NCBI GenBank assembly: GCA_002269645.1
Contig: NIVC01000815.1
Coordinates: 1-64,000 of the forward strand
Direction of reading: 5' to 3'
Length of the DNA: 64,000 nt
Origin: Macrostomum lignano
Lineage: Eukaryota
The notes under the pieces are model-generated. The model was not told the origin of the DNA. It ran no database searches and saw only the letters and a program-made list of their open reading frames with translations. The stretch's first letter is position 1, and each line of letters begins with the position of its first letter. The translations under genes and the position numbers were made by a program. This document shows, piece by piece, positions 34,238-48,100 of this stretch.

Positions 34238-34796
34238 GGTGATTCGATAGCAAGCTGCTCACTTGATGCTTAGCGGACGGTACAGTTTTGCTCAAAGTTT
34301 TCACCTTTCCACTGCCGATCTCTGTCCAACAGTCCGCTTCTGTATAAAAAATGAGGCGAGAAAGAGAGAGAGAGAGAGAAGGTCTTTAACTCTCCGCCCA
34401 TGACGGTCCATTGTGAGCAAAGCGCTAGCTTCTCTAGCATCTTAAATTTTGATGAAGACGGCATTGTACTCAAAACGTAGTTCGTCCCCGCTTCATTTCC
34501 AGTCTCTCTCTGAGCCGTCCAGTCTTATTTAAGAACAGTGGAAATTAAATTTTGTACAGCTATACTAATAAATTAATTTATTCATAGGCAAACTACACTA
34601 CTGACGCAAACAAAAGAGTAGAAGTGAGCGTATTTTATTTATTTAATCTGCTGCGACTAGCTAGCCAATCAGAGCCGAGGGCGAATTATTTCGCAGGAAT
34701 GCAGGTAAAAATCGGTAAAAAAGCGGCGAATCTCCGGATCAGCCAGCAGTTTGACGAAAATCTCTGGCACTGTTTACAGAAAGATTGGAGTAAGCA
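34238..34796. promoter_or_regulatory. Probable bidirectional promoter/5'UTR region between SLC4-like gene and TH, with (AG)n tract at about 34361-34378
   Basis: Divergent ATGs at 34237 (minus) and 34797 (plus), 559 nt apart. No specific promoter elements identified. Confidence 0.55.
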
Positions 34797-37700
34797 ATGG
34801 ACAAGCCGAGTTCCAGTACCGCCGGCCCTGGCGACAAGCACGACAGCAACAACAGCCTGGAGTCCAAGCGGCGACTTCGCTATCAAAAGAGCTACAGTGT
34901 TGAGATTCAGGTTCGACATCGATGCCTTCGATTGCTGAAGTGCTTAGTGGGCTTAAGAGAATCGGTTTCCACTCCAGGTATCCAATTAACTACTCCTGCA
35001 GGTATCCCATAAACTACTCCAGGTATCCCATATACTACTCCAGGTATCCCATAAACTACTCCAGGTATCCCATAGACTACTCCAGGTATCCTATATACTA
35101 CTCCAGGTATCCCATATACTACTCCAGGTATCCCATATACTACTCCAGGTATCCCATATACTACTCCAGGTATCCCATATACTACTCCAGGTATCCAATA
35201 AACTACTCCAGGTATCCAATAAACTACTCCTGCAGGTATCCCATAAACTACTCCAGGTATCCCATATACTACTCCAGGTATCCCATAAACTACTCCAGGT
35301 ATCCCATATACTACTCCAGGTATCCCATAAACTACTCCAGGTATCCCAAATACTACTCCAGGTATCCAATAAACTGCTCCAGGTATCCAATAAACTGCTC
35401 CAGTATCCTATAAGCTACTCCAGGTATCCCATAAACTACTCCAGGGATCCCATATACTACTCCAGGTATCTCATAAACGACTCCAGGTTATCCTATAAAC
35501 TACTACTCCAGGTATCCCATAAACTACTCCAGGTATCCCATAAACTACTCCAGGTATCCCATATACTACTCCAGGTATCCAATAAACTACTCCAGCATCC
35601 TATAAGCTACTCCAGGTATTTCATAAACTGCTCCAGGTATCTCATAAACGACTCCAGGTTATCCAATAAACTACACATCGCAATGCCATAATGAAGCAAA
35701 ACTTAGTCACTAATAATGAATAACAATTCTAGAAGCACGACGAACGCCGAGACAGTCTGATCGCTGACGCTTACAAGGAGGCTCGCATCAACGAGGAGGT
35801 GGCCCGCAGCCTCGAGCAGGACGAGCAGGAGGCCTCGATGCTGCTCAGAATGAAGCGATACGCCACTGTTGTCAAGATTGCCAGACAGACCGGCTACAGC
35901 GTCTCCATGACGGTGCGGGAGCTGCTGAGGCAGACTGAGGTGAGTTCGAGGATCGGTGAGATATGAAAATGCATTGGATCCAATGTCATGGATCTCATAG
36001 TTCTCATAGCCAAATCTCACGGATCTCATGACCAAATCTCACAGATCTCATGGCTATAATCTGACGGATCTCACGATCAAATATCATGGCTTTCATGGAC
36101 CAAATCTCATAGATCAGATCTCAAAAATATCTCACGAACCAGATCTCATGGATAAGATCTCATAGATAAGATCTAGTGTATAAGATCTCATAGACCAGAT
36201 CTCATAGACCAGATCTCATAGACCAGATCTCATAGACCAGATCTCATAGACCAGATCTCATAGACCAGATCTCATAGACCAGATCTCATAGACCAGATCT
36301 CATAGACCAGATCTCATAGACCAGATCTCATAGACCAGATCTCATAAACCAGATATCATGGACCAACCGCTGTCGTGACGAGCAGCATCTATTTTTAGTC
36401 GACTGCATTATCCGCCAGCTTCTATTCTTCCAGCAACATCACCTTCTGACGGCTCAATCAATATCTCAATTCTTTGGTCTGGTGAAAAAGCAGCATTGAA
36501 ATTGAGAGTTCGGCATTGAAGCCGCGGCCGGTTTGAGCAGAAAAGGAAGGCCCAACAGCAAGGGGAAACACGGGTCTCAAGAAATCCTGATTTGAAGCGG
36601 ATGAAGTCCGCGGTTGCTGGGGGGACAATGCGGGGCTCTGATAGCGGCAGTATAAATAACTGCAGTCACTGGGACAGCAGGAAGTTTGCACACGGGTCTG
36701 GGGGTCGGCGCGGGAGAAGGCAGAAGCCCAAGAGTTAGAGTTGTGGGAGGCGGGAATGAGTAGGCAGGGGGGAGGGTCCTCAGCCCGTCTCTGGTGGCCC
36801 GGAAACCGGCCGGGCTGCTGTAGAATGGCCGTCCAGAGTGGGGGGCTGTTTCTTAGAAAATCGATGCACGCAATCAGAGAACAACCCCTCCCCCCTGCCT
36901 GCCCGCGAACACCTGACCCCAGCTGCAATCAGTGGAGCTGGTGCACCTGGAGTGTCGCAGCGCCGGTTCCACTGTGGACATCCTGCTGGTCACCAAGTGC
37001 GCCGAGGCCAGCTACGATGCACTGGTGCGGGAGCTGTCAGGCCTGCCTCAGGTTGCCTCCGTGCTGCAGGAGAATAAGGACTCGGCCAAACCCGGTGAGC
37101 TGATTGCCGTCCTGCTCAGTTCCCTGAGTGCCACTTGCCTCCCATTGTCTCAGTTGCCTGAGTGCCACTTGCCTCCCATTGTCTCAGTTGCCTGAGTGCC
37201 ACCTCCCTCCCATTGTCTCAGTTGCCTGAGTGCCACCTCCCTCCCATTGTCTCAGTTCCCTGAGTGCCACTTCCCTCCCATTGTCTCAGTTCCCTAAGTG
37301 CCACTTCCCTCCCATTGTCTCAGTTCCCTGAGTGCCACTTGCCTCCCATTGTCTCAGTTGCCTGAGTGCCACCTCCCTCCCATTGTCTCAGTTGCCTGAG
37401 TGCCACTTGCCTCCCATTGTCTCAGTGCCTGAGTGCCACCTCCCTCCCATTGTCTCAGTTGCCTGAGTGCCACCTCCCTCCCATTGTCTCAGTTCCCTGA
37501 GTGCCACCTCCCTCCCATTGTCTCAGTTCCCTGAGTGCCACCTCCCTCCCATTGTCTCAGTTCCCTGAGTGCCACTTGCCTCCCATTGTCTCAGTTGCCT
37601 GAGTGCCACTTGCCTCCCATTGTCTCAGTTCCCTGAGTGCCACTTCCCTCCCATTGTCTCAGTTGCCTGAGTGCCACTTGCCTCTCATTGTCTCAGTTGC

Positions 37701-40700
37701 CTGAGTGCCACTTGCCTCTCATTGTCTCAGTTCCCTGAGTGCCACCTCCCTCCAATTATCTCAGTTCCCCAGAATCCTGCATCCTCAGAGACTTCATCAT
37801 AGCAATGTTTCACCTAAAATTTTTCCATTGAAAACTCCTTCAGACCTGTGGTTCCCGAGGCACATCTCCGAGTTAGATGAGTGCACGCACCTGCTGCTCA
37901 AGTTCCAACCGGAACTGGCCACCGACCATCCGGTAAGTAAAATGAGTCATTTTTTCTATTGATTTGCATAGTGCCAACTGTTTAAACAATGTCCCAAAAT
38001 ATGCAAACAGGGATTCCACGACCAGGAGTACAGGAGGAGACGCTCGGAAGTTGTTGAAATCGCCTTTAACTACCGATAGTAAGCACCTCTGCCGTGCTCA
38101 ATAGGGGTTCTTGAATGTTGCTGCTTTATTGAGTATCGTAAAATTAAAATTTTCACTTTGCTACTATATATATTGATTTCAGCGGCGACCCAATTCCGAG
38201 GGTTCAGTACACTGACATCGAGGTGGAAACGTGGTATGATTGAGGCAGTTTGCTAGTGGGTTCGATAGTCATCATTTTCCTCACTGGTCACTCTCCTCAG
38301 ATGCAAGCACTAGCTGTAATCATTAAAAAGCCAACCCTAACGCAGGCGGGCCGCCTACACCACGCTGAAGGCTCTCTACGCAACCCACGCGTGCAAAGAG
38401 CACCTGGATGGAATCGCTCGATTAGAGGCCGAATGCGGCTACGGCCCGGATGCCATCCCGCAGCTGGAGGACATCTCCAGGTACCTGAAGAGTAAGTACT
38501 CACTAGTGATAATGCGCGCAACCCTTTGGTCTTTATCCTACTCGTATATACTAAAAATGATGCTTTTCAAATGCTTTGCAAATCACACAGAGCAGACCGG
38601 CTTCTCATTGAGGCCAGTGGCTGGGCTTCTATCCGCGCGAGACTTTTTAGCCAGCCTGGCTTTTCGCGTGTTCCAGTGTACGCAGTACATTCGGCACCAT
38701 TCAAAGCCGCTGCACACACCGGAGCCGTGAGTTTATGTACATTTGTTGGAAGAGAGGCGAGGAAGGAGGGTTAAAAGTGTACATTTGGAGGGAGAGTCGA
38801 GGAAGGAGGGTTAGTGTACATTTGGGGAAGAGGTGAGGAAGGAAGGTTAGTGTACATTTGGGGGGAGAGGCGAGGAAGGAGGGTTAGTTTACATTTGGGG
38901 AAGAGGTGAGGAAGGAAGGTTGTGTACATTTGGGGGGAGAGGTGAGGAAGGAGGGTTAGTGTACATTTGGGGAAGAATGAGAAGGAAAGTTAGTGTGCAT
39001 TTGGGGGGAGAGGCGAGGAAGGAAGGTTAGTGTACATTTGGGGGGAGAGGCGAGGAAGGAAGGTTAGTGTACATTTGGGGGGAGAGGCGAGGAAGGAGGG
39101 TTAGTGTACATTTGGGGAAGAGGTGAGGAAGGAAGGTTGTGTACATTTGGGGGGAGAGGTGAGGAAGGAGGGTTAGTGTACATTTGGGGAAGAATGAGAA
39201 GGAAAGTTAGTGTGCATTTGGGGGAGAGGCGAGGAAGGAAGGTTAGTGTACATTTTGGGGGGAGAGGCGAGGAAGGAGGGTTAGTGTACATTTGGGGAAG
39301 AATGAGAAGGAAGGTTAGTGTACATTTGGGGGGAGAGGCGAGGAAGGAAGGTTAGTGTACATTTGGGGGGAGAGGCGAGGAAGGAAGGTTAGTGTACATT
39401 TGGGGGGAGAGGCGAGGAAGGAGGGTTAGTGTACATTTGGGGAAGAGGTGAGGAAGGAAGGTTGTGTACATTTGGGGGGAGAGGTGAGGAAGGAGGGTTA
39501 GTGTACATTTGGGGAAGAATGAGAAGGAAAGTTAGTGTGCATTTGGGGGAGAGGCGAGGAAGGAAGGTTAGTGTACATTTTGGGGGGAGAGGCGAGGAAG
39601 GAGGGTTAGTGTACATTTGGGGAAGAATGAGAAGGAAGGTTAGTGTACATTTGGGGGAGGTGAGGAAGGAGGGTTAGTGTGCAGTGTACATTGATGCTCA
39701 GACATTACAGACTGCAGTTTGTTTTTAATCTGATAGAAACTCATTATTTCTAGGGACTGCATCCACGAGATCATTGGGCACATGCCGATGCTCACCAACA
39801 TGGGATTCGCCGATTTCTCCCAGGAAATTGGGCTGGCCTCGCTCGGGGCCACGGACCAGGAGATTGAGCGGCTTGCCACGGTAAGCTGGGGATAAAGCTT
39901 GAATAACTGACTGGTTTAGCAAGGGACCACGAAAGAATGGCCTCGCAAACACGTTGAGTTAAAGAAAATTGGGAGCCCAATGCCCCAAACTTCCCAAGCA
40001 CCCTAAGTCCCCAAACTCCCGACCCGAAACTACAAAAACCCGCAGCCCCAAACCCCACAACCTCAAACCCCACAACCTCAAACCCACACTGAACCCCAGC
40101 AATACGCTCGTAGATAAGCAGTGGGCACAGCACTCCAAGCCAAACTCTCACCCGTCCCCGCCGCCCAGCTGTACTGGTTCACGGTTGAGTTCGGACTCTG
40201 CAAAGAGGCCGGCCAGGTGAAAGCCTACGGCGCAGGGCTGCTGTCCGCCTACGGCGAGTTGCGTCACGCGCTGTCTCAGACGCCGGAGCACAGGCGGTTC
40301 GAGCCCAACTCCACCTCCGTGACGCCGTACACCGACGAGGACTATCAGCCCGTGTACTTCGTCACTGAGTCCTTCGACAGCATGAAGGCTGAGTTTCGGT
40401 GAGATTCGAAGTATGAGATTAAAGACAGAATCAAAGGATGAGATTAGAGACACAGAATCAAAGTATGAGATTAGAGACACAGAATCGAAGTATGAGATTA
40501 GAGACAGAATCAAAGGATGAAATTAGAGATAGAGAATCAAAGGATGGGATTAGAGATAGAGAATCAAAGGATGAGATTAGAGATAGAGAATCAAAGTATG
40601 AGATTAGAGATAGAGAATCAAAGTATGAGATTAGAGATAGAGAATCAAAGTATGAGATTAGAGATAGAGAATCAAAGGATGGGATTAGAGATAGAGAATC

Positions 40701-41753
40701 AAAGGATGAGATTAGAGATAGATAATCAAAGTATGAGATTAGAGATAGAGAATCAAAGTATGAGATTAGAGATAGATAATCAAAGTATGAGATTAGAGAT
40801 AGAGAATCAAAGTATGAGATTAGAGATAGATAATCAAAGTATGAGATTAGAGACACAGAATCGAAGTATGAGATTAGAGACAGAATCAAAGGATGAAATT
40901 AGAGATAGAGAATCAAAGGATGGGATTAGAGATAGAGAATCAAAGGATGAGATTAGAGATAGAGAATCAAAGTATGAGATTAGAGATAGAGAATCAAAGT
41001 ATGAGATTAGAGATAGAGAATCAAAGTATGAGATTAGAGATAGAGAATCAAAGGATGGGATTAGAGATAGAGAATCAAAGGATGGGATTAGAGATAGAGA
41101 ATCAAAGGATGGGATTAGAGATAGAGAATCAAAGGATGGGATTAGAGATAGAGAATCAAAGGATGAGATTAGAGATAGATAATCAAAGTATGAGATTAGA
41201 GATAGAGAATCAAAGGATGAGATTAGAGATAGATAATCAAAGTATGAGATTAGAGATAGAGAATCAAAGTATGAGATTAGAGATAGATAATCAAAGTATG
41301 AGATTAGAGATAGAGAATCAAAGTATGAGATTAGAGATAGAGACTCAAAGGATGGGATTAGAGATAGAGAATCAAAGGATGAGATTAGAGACAGAGAATC
41401 AAAGGATGAGATTAGAAATAGAGAATCAAAGGATGAGATTAGAGATAGAGAATCAAAATATGAGATTAGAGACAGAGAATCAAAGGATGAGATTAGAGAT
41501 AGAGAATCAAAAGATGCGATTAGAGATAAAGAATCAAAGGATGAGATTAGATATAGAGAATCAAAGGCTAGAGCTCAAACCGAATTCCCGCAGTAACTAC
41601 GTCAAAGCTATGAAGAAGAGTTTCGTGGCCCGCTTCGATCCGTACACTCAGCGCATCCAGACTCTGGACAACAAGGAGGCCCTGACGGCCACCTGCAGCA
41701 GTCTGCAGCGGGATCTGGACCGGCTACAGCTGGCGCTGAACGAGTTCCTTTGA
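34797..41753 (+). CDS. TH: Tyrosine hydroxylase (aromatic amino acid hydroxylase), 11 coding exons
   Basis: Phase-consistent exons: 34797-34910, 35733-35939, 36923-37094, 37844-37932, 38011-38078, 38181-38233, 38346-38491, 38591-38726, 39754-39880, 40169-40398, 41594-41753. TH-type motifs: [16 protein letters not shown] (cf. insect KKSYSIE..RRRSLVDDA), [38 protein letters not shown]. Iron ligands HEIIGH and VEFGL present. Confidence 0.93.
34975..35672. repeat. 20-bp minisatellite (ACTACTCCAGGTATCCCATA), TH intron 1
   Basis: Regular period. Confidence 0.95.
35985..36360. repeat. 14-bp minisatellite (CATAGACCAGATCT), degenerate at left, TH intron 2
   Basis: Perfect units at about 36187-36345. 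Confidence 0.93.
37122..37770. repeat. 34-bp minisatellite (GAGTGCCACTTGCCTCCCATTGTCTCAGTTGCCT), TH intron 3
   Basis: Period 34 nt. Confidence 0.95.
38735..39680. repeat. ~36-bp purine-rich minisatellite with a 325-bp higher-order duplication, TH intron 8
   Basis: Unit TTAGTGTACATTTGGGGGAGAGGCGAGGAAGGAAGG. Identical ORFs at 39064 and 39389. Confidence 0.95.
40400..41570. repeat. 27-bp minisatellite (GAGATTAGAGATAGAGAATCAAAGGAT), TH intron 10, starting at the donor
   Basis: 9-aa periodic [12 protein letters not shown]. Confidence 0.97.
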
Positions 41754-42861
41754 GCTCTGATTTTGGCCATTGATGAACTCTAGTAGTACAGCTAAGTAGT
41801 ATAGCTTACTCAAGCTAAAGAGGATTAATCAAGGACTACTCCAGTACAAGGATGAAAAACTTTTTGTTTCTTAGAAAGGTTTCGAAGGCCGAATTCGAGC
41901 GGAAAGTACGCTAACCGAGATACGAAGCAATTGAGTGAAAAAATAACCTATTATATTTAATAAATAATATTTCATTAGACAAGTGAAAACAATGTATAGT
42001 ACAGCTCGTAGTTTTGTTTTCTTAGATTAGTATAGTATAGCCTTTTATTTTTTTCTAAGAAACCAATAAGTGTCCTCATTCTTTAAGTTGTCCTTGTGAT
42101 TCATAAAGATAATTGCAACGACAATAAGTATTGTAGACCCTAAATTTTTACTCAAAATAGACTACTCTATCCTACTTTTAGTAGCTTAGTAGCATAATTT
42201 AGGATGAATTGGAATTCGTCAAGAAAAATGGATATTATTGTACAATTATCGAGTGCAGGTGTTAGATATGCAATGCATCCTGCAATGCATGATAAATTGT
42301 CATTTAAATTTAGACACCGCATCGATAACCTACTTACACGCAGAGCCATTACGAGTAGAGTATTAAGTGTTTTTTCTCTTTATCAACTAGCAAGCCTCAC
42401 TGTTCTAAAACGTACCGTTTTCCTCAAATTGCTTTAGCAACTCGCAGCTACATTTAGCCAATGCTAATTACTGAAATATTTATTACCCCTAGCAGCAACT
42501 GTTGCACATGCGATATTCAATTTAGCTACATGTACAATCTTCAATATATATTTTAACGATCGAGTGCATTAGGAGACCCAGCATTCGCACTCAGCACTCA
42601 GCCTCAATCACTACATATATATTATTTTATCGTGCAGATATTTATTGATACTATATATAACAAGTTAGCTAGTTCGATCTACAATAATAAATAATTTAGA
42701 ATATTTATCTCTTTGATGTAGTTTTTGCTATGTAGCACATCCTTAAAAACATGACTCATCGTATTCGTTTGAATTTTACACTGGATGTGTGAGGGCCTAT
42801 GCTATATATACTGCTGTTAGTAGGGCTCATCAAATCGCGATCCTCTTGGTGCCTGTGACAA

Positions 42862-44252
42862 TTGGTGTGTGACAGTGCTTGAGCACTCAATACTGATACC
42901 TGTGAGAACTGGTGTGTGACAGTGCTTGAGCACTCAATACTGATAGCTGCTGTGAGAACTGGTGTGTGACAGTGCTTGAGCACTCAATACTGATAGCTGC
43001 TGTGAGAACTGGTGTGTGACAGTGCTTGAGCACTCAATACTGATAGCTGCTGTGAGAACTGGTGTGTGACAGTGCTTGAGCACTCAATACTGATAGCTGC
43101 TGTGAGAACTGGTGTGTGACAGTGCTTGAGCACTCAATACTGATAGCTGCTGTGAGAACTGGTGTGTGACAGTGCTTGAGCACTCAATACTGATAGCTGC
43201 TGTGAGAACTGGTGTGTGACATGCTTGAGCACTCAATACTGATAGCTGCTGTGAGAACTGGTGTGTGACAGTGCTTGAGCACTCAATACTGAGAGCTGCT
43301 GTGAGAACTGGTGTGTGACAGTGCTTGAGCACTCAATACTGATAGCTGCTGTGAGAACTGGTGTGTGACAGTGCTTGAGCACTCAATACTGATAGCTGCT
43401 GTGAGAACTGGTGTGTGACAGTGCTTGAGCACTCAATACTGATAGCTGCTGTGAGAACTGGTGTGTGACAGTGCTTGAGCACTCAATACTGATAGCTGCT
43501 GTTAGAACTGGTGTGTGACAGTGCTTGAGCACTCAATACTGATAGCTGCTGTGAGAACTGGTGTGTGACATGCTTGAGCACTCAATACTGAGAGCTGCTG
43601 TGAGAACTGGTGTGTGACAGTGCTTGAGCACTCAATACTGAGAGCTGCTGTGAGAACTGGTGTGTGACAGTGCTTGAGCACTCAATACTGATAGCTGCTG
43701 TGAGAACTGGTGTGTGACATGCTTGAGCACTCAATACTGAGAGCTGCTGTGAGAACTGGTGTGTGACAGTGCTTGAGCACTCAATACTGATAGCTGCTGT
43801 GAGAACTGGTGTGTGACAGTGCTTGAGCACTCAATACTGATAGCTGCTGTGAGAACTGGTGTGTGACAGTGCTTGAGCACTCAATACTGATAGCTGCTGT
43901 GAGAACTGGTGTGTGACAGTGCTTGAGCACTCAATACTGATAGCTGCTGTTAGAACTGGTGTGTGACAGTGCTTGAGCACTCAATACTGATAGCTGCTGT
44001 GAGAACTGGTGTGTGACATGCTTGAGTACTCAATACTGATAGCTGCTGTGAGAACTGGTGTGTGACAGTGCTTGAGCACTCAATACTGATAGCTGCTGTG
44101 AGAACTGGCGTGTGACAGTGCTTGAGCACTCAATACTGATAGCTGCTGTGAGAACTGGTGTGTGACAGTGCTTGAGCACTCAATACTGATAGCTGCTGTG
44201 AGAACTGGTGTGTGACAGTGCTTGAGCACTCAATACTGAGAGCTGCTGTGAG
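42862..44252. repeat. 50-bp minisatellite, about 28 copies, intergenic between convergent TH and IBTK
   Basis: Unit GTGTGTGACAGTGCTTGAGCACTCAATACTGATAGCTGCTGTGAGAACTG, no spacers. Confidence 0.97.
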
Positions 44253-44789
44253 AGCATCTTGTCATTAAAAAAGAAATAGAAGCGATGCCAACCGGTCTGC
44301 AAGAGTGGTAATGATTGACTGAGCAGAGTGGCTGCTCCGTGAAACTCCCAAAACCAAAACTGAAGTGTGCAGCTCATGTACGCAACCTCAATTCCATAAT
44401 TTATTGTACTAGCAAACGTATTCAATTAAAAGCGCAAACAAAGTCAAGCATATCTCGAGCTAATTGTACTTTTTATTGATAAAACAAACGCCAAAGTAAA
44501 ATCATAGATCATTTGGATGAAAAATTGCAACATTGCAGAGAGGAATCTAGACTAATAAATCAATGTACGACTTCATCTATCAGAGTACAATACGACAAAT
44601 ATCACCTCATGGCGAAGTTAAGACGCAACCCAACTAGCCTATTGATTTACAAGGAGATTTGGAGAAAAATATGATTCTAAATACAAGAAATTATATGATT
44701 GACAAGCCGAACTCTTTTTATTAATTTTTGATAAATCAGGAAACCTTCTATGTAACTTTTGTTGCTAGAATAGTGCTTAAAGGGGGCTC

Positions 44790-44955
44790 GGGGGTATGTA
44801 GTTGCTGAGATGCCATGGCTCACAATGGGGGAGTTGCTGAGATGCCATGGCTCACAATGGGGGAGTTGCTGAGATGCCATGGCTCACAATGGGGGAGTTG
44901 CTGAGATGCCATGGCTAACAATGGGGGAGTTGCTGAGATGCCATGGCTCACAATG
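44790..44955. repeat. 33-bp minisatellite (GGGGAGTTGCTGAGATGCCATGGCTCACAATGG-like), about 5 copies
   Basis: Tandem copies visible. Confidence 0.9.
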
Positions 44956-45119
44956 GGAGTTGCATCCCTTTATCCTGTTGTTAAGATGGCTAGTTCAGCT
45001 ACAAACCAAAAGATTCTGAAAGATAAGGGGCTGCAGCAGCATAGGAAAAAACAACCCGACAACCTACACAGCATTGAAGGTTCCGCTGCTCTCAAAACAC
45101 ACAGAAAAAATGAATAATT

Positions 45120-48100
45120 TCAGCAAGCATTTTTATTATTCTGCACAACTGGCCACAGGGGCTGGGCGCAGGCCTCTGTGCAATAGTCCACCGTGATTCT
45201 GCATTCATAGCGGCTGGCCGAGTCCTCGCTTAGGTAGAGCTGCTTCAGCTGGAGCATCGCCGCCTCCTCGATCTGACACAGGTGACAACTGGTTAATCTG
45301 TACGGTCTGACTGAGCTGATAAGGGCACTGACTGACAGAGTGACTAGAATGTGGACAATGACCAGCCCGAGTGACTAATGGGAACAATGACAAAAACGAG
45401 TGACTAGAATGGACTAGAATGTGGACAATGACCAGCCCGAGTGACTAATGGGAACAATGACAAAAACGAGTGACTAGAATGGGAACAATGACCAACCCGA
45501 GTGACTAGAATGGGGCCAATGACCAACCCGAGTGACAAGAATGGGAACAATGACCAACCCGAGTGACTAGAATGGGGCCAATGACCAACCGAGTGACTAG
45601 AAGGGGCCAATGACCAACCCGAGTGACAAGAATGGGAACAATGACCAACCCGAGTGACTAGAATGGGGCCAATGACCAACCCGAGTGACAAGAATGGGAA
45701 CAATGACCAACCCGAGTGACTAGAAGGGGCCAATGACCAACCCGAGTGACAAGAATGGGAACAATGACCAACCCGAGTGACTAGAATGGGGCCAATGACC
45801 AACCCGAGTGACTAGAATGGGGCCAATGACCAACCGAGTGACTAGAATGGGAACAATGACCAACCCGAGTGACTAGAATGGGAACAATGACCAACCCGAG
45901 TGACTAGAATGGGAACAATGACCAACCCGAGTGACTAGAATGGGGCCAATGACCAACCCGAGCGACTAGAGTAGGAACAATGACCAACCCGAGTGACAAG
46001 AATGGGGCCAAGTACCAACCCGAGTGACTAGAATGGGGCCAATGACCAACCCGAGTGACTAGAATGGGAACAATGACCAACCCGAGTGACTAGAATGGGG
46101 CCAAGTACCAACCCGAGTGACTAGAATGGGGCCAATGACCAACCCGAGTGACTAGAATGGGAACAATGACCAACCCGAGTGACTAGAATGGGGCCAATGA
46201 CCAACCCGAGTGACTAGAATGGGGCCAATGACCAACCGAGTGACTAGAATGGGGCCAATGACCAACCGAGTGACTAGAATGGGCGCCAGTCCATGCCGAC
46301 TCACCTGAATAAGATGTAGCGGCTTCGTTAGCCGCCGTTTCAGCACCGCCTGCTCAGCCTCGGCAGACGCCACGATGACTTTGAAATTGGAGGAATTGAA
46401 GGACGAATCGCCAGAAATCAACGGCGAAAAGTCTGTTGGCGTCGGCGGAGAAGCTGTCGTCGGCGTCGGTGGTGTCGGCAGCGGCTTCCAGGCTTTGCGC
46501 GGCGGCGTCGAAGCGGTGGCTGGCTGCCGCTGCTCGTCCTCGGCCGTCGGCGGAGCGGCGGATGACATCGACAGAGATTTGCGCTGGCGCTGCGACTGAC
46601 GCTTGAACGCCGGCATGCGGGCGGCTGCCGACGGCGCCGGGTTCGAGCTCGAATCTGAGTTCGACTGAGTCTGTTCGGCCATGATTTCCGACAGCGACGG
46701 CCGGTCAGTGATAACTCGGTCGGCCGCTGATTCCTCGGTTGGCAATTCCGACAAGTTAGCGTCGCTAATGCTGGATTGCTGCTGCTGCTGACTGGACTGG
46801 GACTGTGACTGGGACTGGGACTGTGACTGTGACTGGGACTGGGACTTGCGTTGTCGCTGCGACTGTCGCTTAAATGTCGGCAGACGGACGGCCTGTTGCG
46901 GCTCTGGCGGCGTCGGTGGCGGCGACGTGGCCGACAGCAGCTTGGCTGCGTAGCTGCCGACCGCACTGGCAGGTGCTGTCAACCGTTGCCGCTCGGCGCC
47001 GTCCTCTTCTTCGACCTCCTTCACCGACTCGCTGGCTACTGGCAGCAGCAGGTTCAGCTCGGGACATTTCTCAAGCGACACCGAGGCGCTGCTGCTGCTG
47101 CCCCGACTTCGACGCCGCTTTGTCGATGCTGCCGCCGTTGCAGGCGAATTTTCCGACGCGGCTTCTCCAACAATTCCAGCAGCAGCAATGGACGGCGCTG
47201 GCGGAATCGGCAGCGGCAGCTCGTCCGACGATATTCCGGCCAGCCAGCCGGGCAGCAGCTCGACGATACTGCGGCCGCAGTCGATCGGTTGGAACCGCCG
47301 GCCGGCTGGGCGGAGGCGACCGCGCAGATCCTGGCCAAGCCGGCCAAGCAGACCGGCCGGCAGTCCGGCCAGGCAGTGTCCGGCCGATTCCAGCATGGCC
47401 GGCAGATTGTTGGCCGCGAATTGGACGCAGGCGGCCAGCAGTCTGTCCGCATTGCGGCTGTCGGCCAGGACAGCGAGGCCGGCGAAGCTGCGCAGGTGAA
47501 GCCGCTGGGCGAGTTCGGCCTCGCAGGCCAGCCGAAGGCCGGGCAGTTGAAGATAGTCGGCGGCGTCCAGCAGGTCGGGCGCGAGATCCTGGTTCGGGCT
47601 GAGCACCAGGCGGACATCGGCGGTGTACAAGTAGGCCAAGATGGCGAACAGGAGGCTGGACGGGTAGGGCAGGCTCAGACAGGCCGTAGTCGCCTCCCGC
47701 CAGCCGCCGTAGTGCCGGGCCATCAGCATGGCCGTGAAGTAGTCGGACCGGGCCGACAGCAGAGCGGAGTGGCAGGCCCAGCTGCTGTTGCTGCTGCTGA
47801 CGTCCGGCCGGTCTGACAGCGGCGCCGACTCGATGGTGAGGTCGACAAAGTGACCGGCGCCGTCGGGATTGCAGCGGTCCACGGCTAGGGTCTGGGAGGG
47901 TGAGTGGGGATGCAGTGAAGATTTGAGTGGGAGGCTGGCCCAGCAACTGAGGATCTGGGAGGCTGGCCCAGCAACTAAGGATCTGGGAGACTGGCCCAGC
48001 AACTGAAGATCTGGGAGGCTGGCTCAGCAACTGAGGATCTGGGAGGCTGGCCCAGCAACTAAGGATCTGGGAGGCTGGCCCAGCAACTAAGGATCTGGGA

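Noticed and set aside
40438-41593. MRLEIENQR coiled-coil-like repeat ORF running into the last TH exon
   Set aside because: 27-bp intronic array bounded by a canonical donor (40399) and acceptor (41593). The spliced TH frame is complete without it.
34797-41753. Phenylalanine or tryptophan hydroxylase instead of TH
   Set aside because: [19 protein letters not shown] and the N-terminal KSYS.E..RRDSL motif match TH rather than PAH/TPH (which have FL(G/S)GLAFRVFHCTQY).
42862-44252. 50-bp and 32-bp (62872-64000) repeats with palindromic cores as possible CRISPR arrays
   Set aside because: No unique spacers, no cas genes, eukaryotic context.
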